Source: Candidatus Pacearchaeota archaeon (lineage in GTDB: Archaea > Nanobdellota > Nanobdellia > Pacearchaeales > GW2011-AR1). From it: a DNA stretch of 63,268 nucleotides. The position numbers and the translations under genes were made by a program. Where the stretch lies: assembly GCA_050302495.1 (NCBI GenBank), contig JBNLBP010000001.1, positions 1 to 63,268 of the forward strand, written 5' to 3'. The notes beneath the pieces were generated by a model that had not been told where the DNA came from, ran no database searches, and saw nothing but the letters and a program-made list of their open reading frames with translations. Positions 25,676 to 34,926 of this stretch are shown here, one piece after another; positions within the stretch are counted from its first letter, which is position 1, and the number at the start of each line of letters is the position of its first letter.

Positions 25676-27628
25676 ATGGCATGGAACTTGTATGAAGGTG
25701 ATAAATTTCTTGATCCTATGCGGTTTTCAAATGGTAAAACCCAAGAGGATGTTGTTAAAGAGGTTTTGAAAGCTATTGAAGACGGGGAGAAGATAATCTT
25801 CATTCACGGAATGTGTGGAACTGGAAAAAGTGCAATAGCCTTGAATATTGCGCGTGAACTAGGAAAGACTTCTATTGTGGTTCCGATAAAGAACCTTCAG
25901 CAACAATATAAACAAGATTATAGTGGAGAGGGAAGGAAATCTGTTGCGAAAGACAATAAAGAAAAATTAAAGATTTCTGTAATAACTGGAAGAAATAATC
26001 ATAAATGTAAATTCATTGAAGATAATGAAAATGCTATACCTCGGGTTAAGAAAGAGGTAGATTCTAAACTTCATGATATCTTTGAAGGTCGTAGAGAAGA
26101 GAGTAAAGAAAATCTTGGGGATGATATTTCTGCAGATAATCTTAATATACCGTGTAAGATCGAGATAAAAGAAAAGAATTGGGAAAAGATAAAAAGATAT
26201 TTAAGACAAAATCCAAGGATTGATGTAAAAAACTTTACCCAAATATCCGATGTAAAAAGGTTACCTGTTGCGGCAGTTTGTCCGTATTGGAGCCCGGTAT
26301 TTCCTGAAGAATACGATATAAAAGTTCTTGAAGAAGAATCCAGAAGAACTTATAGAGGTTTGAAGGGAAAGAATTTTGTGTTCTACCAAAGGAAGAGAGG
26401 TTGTTCATTTTATGAACAATTTCATTCATACATTGAATCAGATGTAATTGTGTTCAATTCTATGAAGTATCAACTCGAATCTGCACTAAATAGAAAACCG
26501 TATACTGAAGCAGAAATAGTAGATGAATGTGATGAATTCTTGGATAGTTTTTCTAATCAGAGAAATATCAATATTGATAGATTAATTAGTTCTTTGAAAG
26601 GAATATTTTCTACAGATGAGGATAATTTTATGAAAATCTCAGAAGTCCAACAAATATTACAACATCTAAAAAACGATAAGAGGATAAATGATGCTATTTA
26701 CAATAGAGATATCATTCCTTTAAAAGAAACAGGGATTTATGATTTATTCAAGGTATTCATAAAAAATTCAGAATTCTTAGAAGAAGCAGATGAAGAAAGT
26801 TATGTTTTTGATGTAGATAAAACTGCAAAAATGTTTGAGGAATTCTTGAATGATTCTCATGTTATATTTAGTAAGAAAGATGAAGCAATTATTGCAAGTG
26901 TTGTTACTGTTAATCTTTCTAAGAAATTTAAGGAAATGGTTAACAAAAACAAAGTTGTTGTCTTGATGTCAGGAACATTGCATTCGGAGGAAGTTCTTAG
27001 AGATATATTTGGTTTAGATAAATTCAAATTAATACAGGCTGAAGATAAATCTCCTGGAGAAATGTTTGTAAAAAGAACAGGTAAAGAAATGGATTGCAAA
27101 TATTCTAATTTTTCTTCGGGGAAACACACCAGAGAAGAATATCTTAAGGCTCTTGACTTGTGTGTTGGCAATTCAAAGAAGCCTACACTAATTCATGTAA
27201 ATGCGTTTCAAGATCTTCCAACATATCAGGAAATAGATGATTATGATTTGAAGAACCTTGTTTCCCCTGATGAATTGATTCGGGAACAGAAAGAAGATGA
27301 AAACGGTGGACTTATTTCAGACTTTAAATCAGGAAAGAAAGAGGTATTGTTCTCAACAAGAGCTTCAAGAGGGGTAGATTTTCCAGGAGATCAATGTAAT
27401 TCGATAATATTTACAAAGTATCCGAATCCGAATGTTAGAGATCCTTTTTGGCAGATATTAAACAAAACCAAACCTAACCAGTATTGGAGTTTTTACAGAG
27501 ATAAAGCCAAGAGAGAGTTATTGCAGCAAGTTTACAGAGGTTTAAGGTTTAAGGAAGATAAAGTAGAGGTTTGGAGTCCTGACACAAGAGTTTTAGATTT
27601 CTTTGAAGATAGTTCTAATTTTTCTTAG
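25676..27628 (+). CDS. XPD/Rad3-like superfamily 2 helicase (divergent, with Cys-rich putative FeS insert)
   Basis: Walker A GMCGTGKS, DECDEF (DExD-like) box, Cys cluster (HKCKF...PCKIE...VCPYW), C-terminal LFSTRASRGVDFPGDQCNSIIFTKYPNP resembling XPD-family motifs V/VI. Confidence 0.5.
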   Translation: MAWNLYEGDKFLDPMRFSNGKTQEDVVKEVLKAIEDGEKIIFIHGMCGTGKSAIALNIARELGKTSIVVPIKNLQQQYKQDYSGEGRKSVAKDNKEKLKISVITGRNNHKCKFIEDNENAIPRVKKEVDSKLHDIFEGRREESKENLGDDISADNLNIPCKIEIKEKNWEKIKRYLRQNPRIDVKNFTQISDVKRLPVAAVCPYWSPVFPEEYDIKVLEEESRRTYRGLKGKNFVFYQRKRGCSFYEQFHSYIESDVIVFNSMKYQLESALNRKPYTEAEIVDECDEFLDSFSNQRNINIDRLISSLKGIFSTDEDNFMKISEVQQILQHLKNDKRINDAIYNRDIIPLKETGIYDLFKVFIKNSEFLEEADEESYVFDVDKTAKMFEEFLNDSHVIFSKKDEAIIASVVTVNLSKKFKEMVNKNKVVVLMSGTLHSEEVLRDIFGLDKFKLIQAEDKSPGEMFVKRTGKEMDCKYSNFSSGKHTREEYLKALDLCVGNSKKPTLIHVNAFQDLPTYQEIDDYDLKNLVSPDELIREQKEDENGGLISDFKSGKKEVLFSTRASRGVDFPGDQCNSIIFTKYPNPNVRDPFWQILNKTKPNQYWSFYRDKAKRELLQQVYRGLRFKEDKVEVWSPDTRVLDFFEDSSNFS

Positions 27629-28370
27629 AAGAGAATATTATTAGAGCTATGAATAACACTAAATATAATATGCTGAATATTACCATTAATCCAAACAACA
27701 CAGGATGATTCTTTGTTATGATGTCTCCAAAATAAGTTTGTATAAATATCATTGGTATTAACCCGAGCATTGTTGCTAAAAGAAATTTGTAAGTCTTAAT
27801 CTTTGTAAACCCAGATAAGTAACTTACCAGATCAGAAGTTGTAAGAGGATTTATCCTTAATATAAAGATTGATAGTGCTCCGTATTTATCAAAGAATTTG
27901 TTAAATTTCTTTTGCATTCTTTTATCCATTCTATTTTGAATAAAATTTCCATCAAAATTTCTTGCAATCTTAAAATCTATAAAAGCCCCAATAAGATTTC
28001 CCCCAAATACTAGGATCCCCCCATAAAACCCTCCAAACAATGCCCCTGCTACAATATAGAGTATTAGAGGAGGCATAGGTGCTAAAACTACTTCAAGAAT
28101 AACTAGTAAAACAAATATTATTTCTGTAAAACCTTCAAAAGACTTCAAGAATAAAAGTAGATTTTCAACATCTCCTTTTATTAAAATATAAATTAAGCTT
28201 TTATTAATATAAGAATAAACCATCCATGCAATTAGTATTAAAAACATGGTTAAGATTAACCAATGCTTTTGAAAGAAATTTTTACCTCTTTTCATAAATG
28301 CTTTAGGAAAATATTCTATATAAGTCTTAAGGAATAAACGCCCCCGCCAGGAGTCGAACCTGGTTGCCAA
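27615..28370 (-). CDS. DedA / SNARE-associated (TVP38/TMEM64) family membrane protein
   Basis: VLAPMPPLILYIVAGALFGGFYGGILVFGGNLIGAFIDFKIARNFG matches the DedA core; 251 aa, multiple TMs. Confidence 0.7.
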   Translation of the reverse strand: MATRFDSWRGRLFLKTYIEYFPKAFMKRGKNFFQKHWLILTMFLILIAWMVYSYINKSLIYILIKGDVENLLLFLKSFEGFTEIIFVLLVILEVVLAPMPPLILYIVAGALFGGFYGGILVFGGNLIGAFIDFKIARNFDGNFIQNRMDKRMQKKFNKFFDKYGALSIFILRINPLTTSDLVSYLSGFTKIKTYKFLLATMLGLIPMIFIQTYFGDIITKNHPVLFGLMVIFSILYLVLFIALIIFSSKKN

Positions 28371-28417
28371 AAGGCCCAGTTCTCAAGACTGGTGCACGAC
28401 CGTTATGCGTCGGAGGC
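28339..28417 (-). tRNA. tRNA-Ser (anticodon UGA), long variable arm
   Basis: Minus-strand cloverleaf: acceptor GCCTCCG/CGGGGGC, anticodon stem CCAGT/ACTGG with loop CTTGAGA, 12-nt variable arm GCCTTTTGGCAA, T-arm CCAGG-TTCGACT-CCTGG; no encoded CCA. Confidence 0.75.
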
Positions 28418-28453
28418 GTAATTATAAAATTAAAGAGTAGATTAAAAAGATTT

Positions 28454-28729
28454 CTATTGCTTGAATAGTCTCTTCCACCAAGGCTTCTTTCTTATCTTAA
28501 CGGGTTGATCGTATTCGTCAACCAAAGTATAGCTTATTTTGGGTTTTTCCTTTACAACTGGAGCTTCCTGAGCTAGTTCTTTTATCGCTACCTCATAAGC
28601 ACTTTCTATCAAAATTCGGGAGTATCCTTGGTTCACAAGAGCCCAATGTAAAGCTTCTCCGGTGTAACCTTTACGTAGATTTTTCTTGAAATAGTTTACA
28701 AGCTTCCTCTTATAGTCTTCTGCCATCAA
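28454..28729 (-). CDS. hypothetical small basic protein
   Basis: 91-aa ORF. Confidence 0.35.
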   Translation of the reverse strand: MMAEDYKRKLVNYFKKNLRKGYTGEALHWALVNQGYSRILIESAYEVAIKELAQEAPVVKEKPKISYTLVDEYDQPVKIRKKPWWKRLFKQ

Positions 28730-28756
28730 AAAACATGGGAATATATGTTTAAAAAA

Positions 28757-30244
28757 TTAGTTGTATTTGATTATAACGGGTTTTTGTTTTCGATAGTATG
28801 AAATTGCCTCTTTCAAACGAGGTTTTGATTCTGAATAAATTGTAAGTATCTTATCACCTTTCTTTAGTCTTGTTCCAACATGATTGTACAAATATAGTCC
28901 AGAGGATTTATCTAAAGGGCATCCCGCAACTCTTGCAAGTGTATTAATCTCGACGTTATTTATCTCGGAAATCGTTCCATTTCTTTGTGCAATGATCTCT
29001 TTTTTGAATTTTGCGGGCTTTAGATTCTTTAAGCTTCCTTTTTGCGTCTTTATTATCTGCATGAACTTCTCAAAAGCTTTACCTGAATTGAGTATTTCTC
29101 TTGCTTTTTCAGTCCCTTTTCCGGGTTTTGCTTTCTTTGTCATTTCGAGTATTTGTCCTGCAAGAAAGGCTGACTTCTCGCTAAGGTCTTCTGGACCTTC
29201 TTCGGAAGGATTGAGAACTTTGATTATGTCAATTAGTTCTAGGATGGGCCCAATTCCATTTCCTATAGGCTCGTTTCCATTTGTCAAAACAACTTTTATG
29301 TTTATTTTGAAGTGTTTCCCTAATTTTTCAAAATCTTTCTTAAGCTTTAGTGCTTCAATTTTTCCAACTTTTGCGGTTTTACCGTAAGGGATATCAATTA
29401 GAATGTGTTTGCTTCCTGCAGCAATTTTCTTGGACATTATTGAAGCTAATAACTGTGATCTTGGATCAACTTTTAGCATCTTTTCTACTTTAAGGATTTT
29501 AGAATCAGCGGGCACAAGGCCTAAAGAACCTCCCCAAATAAGGAATGCTCCCGTCTTCTTTATTATGCTCTTGAGTTCTTTTAGATTAAACTCTACTTTT
29601 GCAATCGCCTCTATCACATCTGCAGTTCCAGCCGCACTTGTAATTGCCTTTGAAGAAGATTTAGGAAATATCAGTCCTGATGCGGCACAAATTGCAACTA
29701 CGATAGGAGTTGTTCTGTTTCCAGGAATTCCCCCAATACAATGCTTATCTACAACTATCCCTCTACTGAATTTCAAAATGTTTCCAAATTTTAGGAAAGA
29801 ATTTATTGTGCTCACTGTTTCTTTAAAATTCATTTTATTTTGGTATATTGCAGAAATGAACAGAGCTATTTCTGGTTCAGAAAGAGAATTATCTACTACG
29901 TCTTTTACAATTTCATCTATTTCTTGGGGAGTCAATCTTTTTCCATTTAGTTTTTTTCTTATGTAGCTTAAACTCATAGGAGATTTAGCAAGGTTAACAT
30001 CTATTTTTTGTCCATCTCTTAAACCCAAATGATTTGTTATTTCTGTAGATATTCCAAGCTCACCTTTTTTTACTAACTTATTTACAATATCAACAATAGT
30101 AGAAAACTCCCCATCTTTTTTTGATAGAGGGGTTATTGAAATTCTATCGCCTTCATGAACTCCAATTTCTGAAGAAGTATCCCTATGAAGCATAGCAACA
30201 GGCAATCCGGCAGACCAATCTAGAATTTTTACTTTTAATTCCAT
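28757..30244 (-). CDS. AMP phosphorylase / thymidine phosphorylase family (DeoA-like with N-terminal extension)
   Basis: 495 aa; DKHCIGGIPGNRTT corresponds to the KHSTGGVGD phosphate-binding motif of pyrimidine-nucleoside phosphorylases; length and N-terminal domain match archaeal AMP phosphorylases. Confidence 0.7.
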   Translation of the reverse strand: MELKVKILDWSAGLPVAMLHRDTSSEIGVHEGDRISITPLSKKDGEFSTIVDIVNKLVKKGELGISTEITNHLGLRDGQKIDVNLAKSPMSLSYIRKKLNGKRLTPQEIDEIVKDVVDNSLSEPEIALFISAIYQNKMNFKETVSTINSFLKFGNILKFSRGIVVDKHCIGGIPGNRTTPIVVAICAASGLIFPKSSSKAITSAAGTADVIEAIAKVEFNLKELKSIIKKTGAFLIWGGSLGLVPADSKILKVEKMLKVDPRSQLLASIMSKKIAAGSKHILIDIPYGKTAKVGKIEALKLKKDFEKLGKHFKINIKVVLTNGNEPIGNGIGPILELIDIIKVLNPSEEGPEDLSEKSAFLAGQILEMTKKAKPGKGTEKAREILNSGKAFEKFMQIIKTQKGSLKNLKPAKFKKEIIAQRNGTISEINNVEINTLARVAGCPLDKSSGLYLYNHVGTRLKKGDKILTIYSESKPRLKEAISYYRKQKPVIIKYN

Positions 30245-30247
30245 TGT

Positions 30248-31282
30248 TTATCTTGGGCTTTCTATAAATGCCCCTGGAACTTTTTTATCTCTATAAATTT
30301 CAAGAACTATAAGCAAGTAAGCTAGTATTAACGGCCCCAAAATAATTCCCATTATTCCGAATAAGAATAATCCTCCAATCATACCTATAAGTATAACAGA
30401 AGAATTCATTTGAGTTCTTCTTGATACAAACACTGGTTTTATGAAGTTCTCTATGATTGAAGATATCACCCCAAATATTGCAACACCAAATGCACCAAAG
30501 GTATTTCCACCTATGAGAAGATATATTGTAACGGGGATCCAAATAATGGTCGTACCAATTATAGGGAATATACCTGCAAGAGCTGCAAGGGCGGTAAGCA
30601 ATAACGCGTTAGGAACTTTAAACAAGTAGAAACCAATACCTGCAACAATACCCTGCACAATACCAATAATTATTTGTCCGTATAAAACAGAAAGTGTTAT
30701 GTCTTTAGAAGATTTGAATAATTTCTTTTCTACTTCTTTAGAGAAAGGTATCAAACTTTGTATATAGGCTATCATTTCTTTTTTGTCCCTTAAAACAAAA
30801 TAGAAAGTGAAGAAGGTTACCAATAATTGTAAAAATAATGTTGGGAAATTTAAAATCAAGTTAGAAAGAGAATTTGTCATAGAATTTGTTGTTCTTGTTA
30901 CAAAGGTTCTTATGGCAGATCCAATTTCATTTGAGAATGCTTCAGATTGGAATAGCGAAGGGAAAATCTTTTGGAAAGGTGTAACAAAATCAATTTGTTG
31001 TGAAGCTAAGTAGAATTTTATTGACTGCTGAATCATTATTGGAGCAAGGTACCAAATAGGCAAGACTATCAAAACCAATAAAATCAAACAAACAATCGTA
31101 GCAGAAATATCCTTAGAACGTAACATTTTGTAGAGCCATTGATATATTGGCATAAAAATAAAGGCCAATAATATACCTATGATAATTGCCATTAGTATCG
31201 GTTTTAGAAGTAGAAAAGATAAAACTATCAAAACTGCTAGAATAATTGTTGTGGAAATCTTTTTGAAATAATCGTCAACCAT
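30248..31282 (-). CDS. AI-2E family transporter (PerM/UPF0118)
   Basis: 344 aa, ~8 TM, long loop between TM clusters, topology typical of the AI-2E family. Confidence 0.6.
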   Translation of the reverse strand: MVDDYFKKISTTIILAVLIVLSFLLLKPILMAIIIGILLAFIFMPIYQWLYKMLRSKDISATIVCLILLVLIVLPIWYLAPIMIQQSIKFYLASQQIDFVTPFQKIFPSLFQSEAFSNEIGSAIRTFVTRTTNSMTNSLSNLILNFPTLFLQLLVTFFTFYFVLRDKKEMIAYIQSLIPFSKEVEKKLFKSSKDITLSVLYGQIIIGIVQGIVAGIGFYLFKVPNALLLTALAALAGIFPIIGTTIIWIPVTIYLLIGGNTFGAFGVAIFGVISSIIENFIKPVFVSRRTQMNSSVILIGMIGGLFLFGIMGIILGPLILAYLLIVLEIYRDKKVPGAFIESPR

Positions 31283-31388
31283 TTTTTTAACCTCTTTTAA
31301 CGTTAATGGGAAGAAGATTGTATATTTAAAGTTTGTCCATATAAGAATGGTTAAAAAAATTTATAAAGACAGTTGATAGAATCTATTT

Positions 31389-32096
31389 ATGAATTTCATA
31401 AAAAAAGTTGCTGATAAGCATTTTGATGAGTCTGTTCATTTGCAGTTTCAAAAATTCTCTAAAGGAGAGTTCAGAAATAGGGCTATAATTGAAGCTAAAA
31501 ATTCTAAAGGAAAATATACAATCAAAACTTCTGCGGAATTCTCCAATGAACTCGTTAGAGATGTTGCTGAAAAACTTGGAAGTAATAAATCAAAAATTAC
31601 AGGAGCGATTGTTTCTACCTCTGATCTAAAGGGAGAGTTAGAATTTAAAGAAGTTAAGCAATTTCAAGGCGTTAAAAGATATTTGATTGATAGTGAAATG
31701 TCGGGCGAGGAGATTATCAAGTTATTGGATAAATTCCCAAAGAATTTCTTTGCACTTTCTTTCAAATTGGAAGATGGAACTGAACTTAAGATAAAACCCA
31801 AAGCTCCTAAATCAGGAAAACCGGGGAAGGGAGAGGAAGCTCCTAAAGCAGATTTCTGTGTTTTGAAAACCACAGATAAAGATTTAGCAGAAGGATTTAT
31901 CTTTGAGCAACCAATGTTTAAGACTGCAAAGATTAATCATACTTTCTTTATTGATAAAATAGAGATACCAGAAGATTTGAAGAGTTCTAAAGATTTTGCA
32001 ATGATAAGGGAAATGTCAAAAAGAATTGGGAGAATTATAAGAAATGCTGAAATTGATGATAAAAAGCTTGAGGAAGAATTGAGCTTTGAGGCTTAA
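31389..32096 (+). CDS. hypothetical protein upstream of the r-protein operon
   Basis: 235-aa ORF, Lys-rich, no recognisable motif. Confidence 0.4.
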   Translation: MNFIKKVADKHFDESVHLQFQKFSKGEFRNRAIIEAKNSKGKYTIKTSAEFSNELVRDVAEKLGSNKSKITGAIVSTSDLKGELEFKEVKQFQGVKRYLIDSEMSGEEIIKLLDKFPKNFFALSFKLEDGTELKIKPKAPKSGKPGKGEEAPKADFCVLKTTDKDLAEGFIFEQPMFKTAKINHTFFIDKIEIPEDLKSSKDFAMIREMSKRIGRIIRNAEIDDKKLEEELSFEA

Positions 32097-32240
32097 ATGA
32101 GGATTAGGCCTTTATTTGCATGGTATGATTTTTGGGTTGGATTATTTTGGGATAAAAACAAGAAAATACTCTATTTCTTTCCTATTCCCATGTTTGGACT
32201 AAAGTTCGTGTTCTGATCTATGGGATCTACCCACACAAGG

Positions 32241-32248
32241 TTTATAAA
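32241..32248 (+). promoter_or_regulatory. candidate TATA box of the L3 r-protein operon
   Basis: GGTTTATAAACC ~70 nt upstream of the L3 ATG; a second TATA-like TTTATATT at 32265. Confidence 0.3.
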
Positions 32249-32318
32249 CCGAAATTTTCTATGATTTATATTCCAGGGTAGGACAAAATGAGATCCGCAT
32301 CATTGACAATTATAGAAA

Positions 32319-33275
32319 ATGCCAACAAGAAAATCACCAAGAAAAGGAAGCTTGCAATTTTGGCCTCGAAAGAGGATCAACAAATTTTTGCCTAGAGTTA
32401 ACTGGAGTGCTATTAATTCTGATAAGAAATTGAAGGGATTTGTTGGATATAAGGCAGGGATGGTTTCTGTTGAAGTTAAGGATTTAACTGCCAATTCAAT
32501 GACTAAAGATAAGAAGATAATTATTCCGGCTACAGTTATTGAATGTCCTAAGATGAAAATCTTTTCGGTTAGATTCTACAAAAATGGGGTCGTTAAGAAG
32601 GATGTTTTAGCTGAACAATTCGACAAGGAACTTAAGAAAAAGGTTAAGGTTCCAAAAGAGAATAAATTGAAGCTTGATTCTGTAAAAAGTGAGAATTATG
32701 ATGATGTTTCTGTTATTGCTTATACTGTTGTTAAGAAAACAGGATTGAAGAAGAAACCAGATATGGCTGAAATTGGTATTTCAGGTTCAAGTGTTGATGA
32801 GAAATTAAGTTTTGTTAAAGAGAATTTGAATAAAGAGTTGAGTGTTACGGATTTATTCGCTTCAGGAGATTTAGTTGACTTTAGAGGTTTAACTAAAGGT
32901 AAAGGTCTTGTTGGTCCTGTAAAGAGATTTGGAATTACATTAAAAGCTCATAAGTCGGAGAAAGGTGTTAGAAGACCAGGTAATGTTGGTCCGTGGCATC
33001 CTGCAAGAGTTACTTTTAGAATCCCTATGGCAGGTCAATTAGGGAAGTTTACAAGAGTACATTATAATCAAAAAGTTATTGTAACTGGAAATGATGAAGA
33101 AGTTAAGAAATCTTTGAAAGCGATAAAGAACTATGGAAATGTTAACATGGATTATGTTATTGTTTCTGGTTCAGTTCAAGGTCCAGCAAAGAGACAAGTG
33201 TTTATTACTGCTCCTTTGAGAAAAAGTAAAATGTCTGCAAAGAAGAATTATGAATTCGGGAGAATATTGAGATAA
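32319..33275 (+). CDS. rpl3: ribosomal protein L3 (uL3)
   Basis: MPTRKSPRKGSLQFWPRKR... and FVGYKAGMVSV match uL3. Confidence 0.9.
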   Translation: MPTRKSPRKGSLQFWPRKRINKFLPRVNWSAINSDKKLKGFVGYKAGMVSVEVKDLTANSMTKDKKIIIPATVIECPKMKIFSVRFYKNGVVKKDVLAEQFDKELKKKVKVPKENKLKLDSVKSENYDDVSVIAYTVVKKTGLKKKPDMAEIGISGSSVDEKLSFVKENLNKELSVTDLFASGDLVDFRGLTKGKGLVGPVKRFGITLKAHKSEKGVRRPGNVGPWHPARVTFRIPMAGQLGKFTRVHYNQKVIVTGNDEEVKKSLKAIKNYGNVNMDYVIVSGSVQGPAKRQVFITAPLRKSKMSAKKNYEFGRILR

Positions 33276-33276
33276 A

Positions 33277-33522
33277 ATGGATATTGGAGAATCAATGGCG
33301 AAGAGAAAAATGATTGAAGAATTTAAGAAGTTAGAAATTGTAGCAGAAGCATTTTCTGAGGTTAAGGGGAATGTTGCTAAAGACAAAGATCTTGGGATGA
33401 GGATTGATGAAACAACAGAATTTCATTATAATATTAAAACAAATTATGAAGAAGCAAAGGGAAAATTCGTTGGAGAAGATGGAATGCAATATGCTTTTGA
33501 AATAAGGAGATATAACGATTAA
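33277..33522 (+). CDS. small hypothetical protein inserted between L3 and L4 (YegP/DUF1508-like motif)
   Basis: 81 aa; 1-nt spacers to both neighbours; motif FHYNIKTNYEEAKGKFVGEDGMQYAFEIRRY. Confidence 0.55.
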   Translation: MDIGESMAKRKMIEEFKKLEIVAEAFSEVKGNVAKDKDLGMRIDETTEFHYNIKTNYEEAKGKFVGEDGMQYAFEIRRYND

Positions 33523-33523
33523 A

Positions 33524-34363
33524 ATGAAAACTAAAACATACGATTTAACAGGGAAAGAAAAAGCAGAAATTGCATTACCCAAAGAATTTAGTTCTAAGGT
33601 AAGAGAAGATATTGTTTCTAAAGTTCTTGAAGCTGCAAAGAAACATCAACCTTACTCTCCAAGTCCTGTTGCAGGAAAACAACATTCTGCCAAAGGAAAG
33701 ATTGTACATAGAAGACATGTTTGGAGAAGTGGTTATGGTAGAGGAGCATCAAGAGTACCAAGAAAAATATTCTCACAGAAAGGTTCAAGATTTAATTGGG
33801 AAGCTGCAGAAGTTCCATTCGCAAGAGGCGGTATGAGAGCTCACCCTCCAAAGATAGAACACTTCTTAAAAGAACTTAAGATCAATAAGAAAGAATTAAA
33901 GATTGCTTTTGTATCTGCATTGAGTGCAACAGCTTCTGAAAAATATGTTGTTGATAAATATGCTACAGTAAATAAATTGAATAAAAAAGTGCCATTCATC
34001 TTAACTCTTGGAAATACTGAAAACTTGAAAGTTAAAGATTTACTTAATGGTTTGAAAGGTATGCTTGGAGAAGAACTTTACAATATTGCAATAAAGAAAA
34101 AATCAATTAGGGCTGGAAAAGGAACAATGAGAGGTAGAAAATACAAATCAAATGCAGGTATGCTTTTAGTTGTTGGAAAAGATGAAATTGGAAAAGTAAA
34201 AACTAAAATGTTTGAAGTTGTTTCGGCTGGAGAACTTGGAGTTACAGATCTTGCCCGAGGAGGATTAGGAAGATTAACTGTTTATACTGAAAATTCTGTT
34301 AAAGAATTAGAAAATAAGTTTAATGGTAAAACTGAAAAGAAAGTGGAGGAAAAGAAAAAATGA
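33524..34363 (+). CDS. rpl4: ribosomal protein L4 (uL4)
   Basis: 279 aa; HRRHVWRSGYGRGASRVPR typical of uL4. Confidence 0.9.
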   Translation: MKTKTYDLTGKEKAEIALPKEFSSKVREDIVSKVLEAAKKHQPYSPSPVAGKQHSAKGKIVHRRHVWRSGYGRGASRVPRKIFSQKGSRFNWEAAEVPFARGGMRAHPPKIEHFLKELKINKKELKIAFVSALSATASEKYVVDKYATVNKLNKKVPFILTLGNTENLKVKDLLNGLKGMLGEELYNIAIKKKSIRAGKGTMRGRKYKSNAGMLLVVGKDEIGKVKTKMFEVVSAGELGVTDLARGGLGRLTVYTENSVKELENKFNGKTEKKVEEKKK

Positions 34364-34692
34364 ATAGTGTAGAAATTAAAGTTGTTGAAAATTGGGAAAA
34401 ACCTGAAGTTTTCAGGACTTTAAAAGAAAAAGATTTGATAAGTGATAAAGAAGTTGTATTTGAATCCTTCAAGTTGAGAGGAGAAGGAACTTCTTTAATT
34501 CATACGCTCCAGAGAGTCAAGCCAGGAATTGTGAAGGTTAAAAAATATTATTTTGAATCAGGTAAATTGAGCAGTAACGCAGGAGTGGATTATTGGACCA
34601 ATTCACTGGATATAGGATATAATCCAGAAGCAAAATCAGATCAAATACTTTATGATGCAGAAGATAAATTCCTAAGAGAGGCAGGATTATGA
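34360..34692 (+). CDS. small hypothetical protein inserted between L4 and L23
   Basis: 110 aa; ATGA overlaps at both ends; motif KKYYFESGKLSSNAGVDYWTNSLDIGY. Confidence 0.55.
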   Translation: MNSVEIKVVENWEKPEVFRTLKEKDLISDKEVVFESFKLRGEGTSLIHTLQRVKPGIVKVKKYYFESGKLSSNAGVDYWTNSLDIGYNPEAKSDQILYDAEDKFLREAGL

Positions 34693-34925
34693 GACCAATA
34701 GCAACTGAAAAAGCAGTAATGAAAATTGAAGCAGAGAATGTAATGACCTTTGAATTTGATAAAAGAATGAATAAAGAGGACATTAAGAAAGAAATTGAAG
34801 AGCTTTTAGATGTTAAAGTTGATTCGGTTAAAACGCAAATAAGAAAGAACAAGAAAATTGTTTACGCTAAATTAAATAAGAAGAACCTTGCAATTGATCT
34901 TGCAACTAAATTAGGAATGATGTAA
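34689..34925 (+). CDS. rpl23: ribosomal protein L23 (uL23)
   Basis: 78 aa; typical uL23 size and basic beta-rich sequence. Confidence 0.85.
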   Translation: MRPIATEKAVMKIEAENVMTFEFDKRMNKEDIKKEIEELLDVKVDSVKTQIRKNKKIVYAKLNKKNLAIDLATKLGMM

Positions 34926-34926
34926 A

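Noticed and set aside
28884-29966. Plus-strand ORFs 28884-29387 and 29403-29966
   Set aside because: Antisense to the AMP phosphorylase gene; no independent support
32097-32216. 39-aa hydrophobic ORF (MRIRPLFAWYDFWVGLFWDKNKKILYFFPIPMFGLKFVF) between the 235-aa hypothetical and the L3 promoter
   Set aside because: Too short and compositionally ordinary to call with confidence, and it lies in a promoter region. It could be a small membrane peptide but is left unannotated
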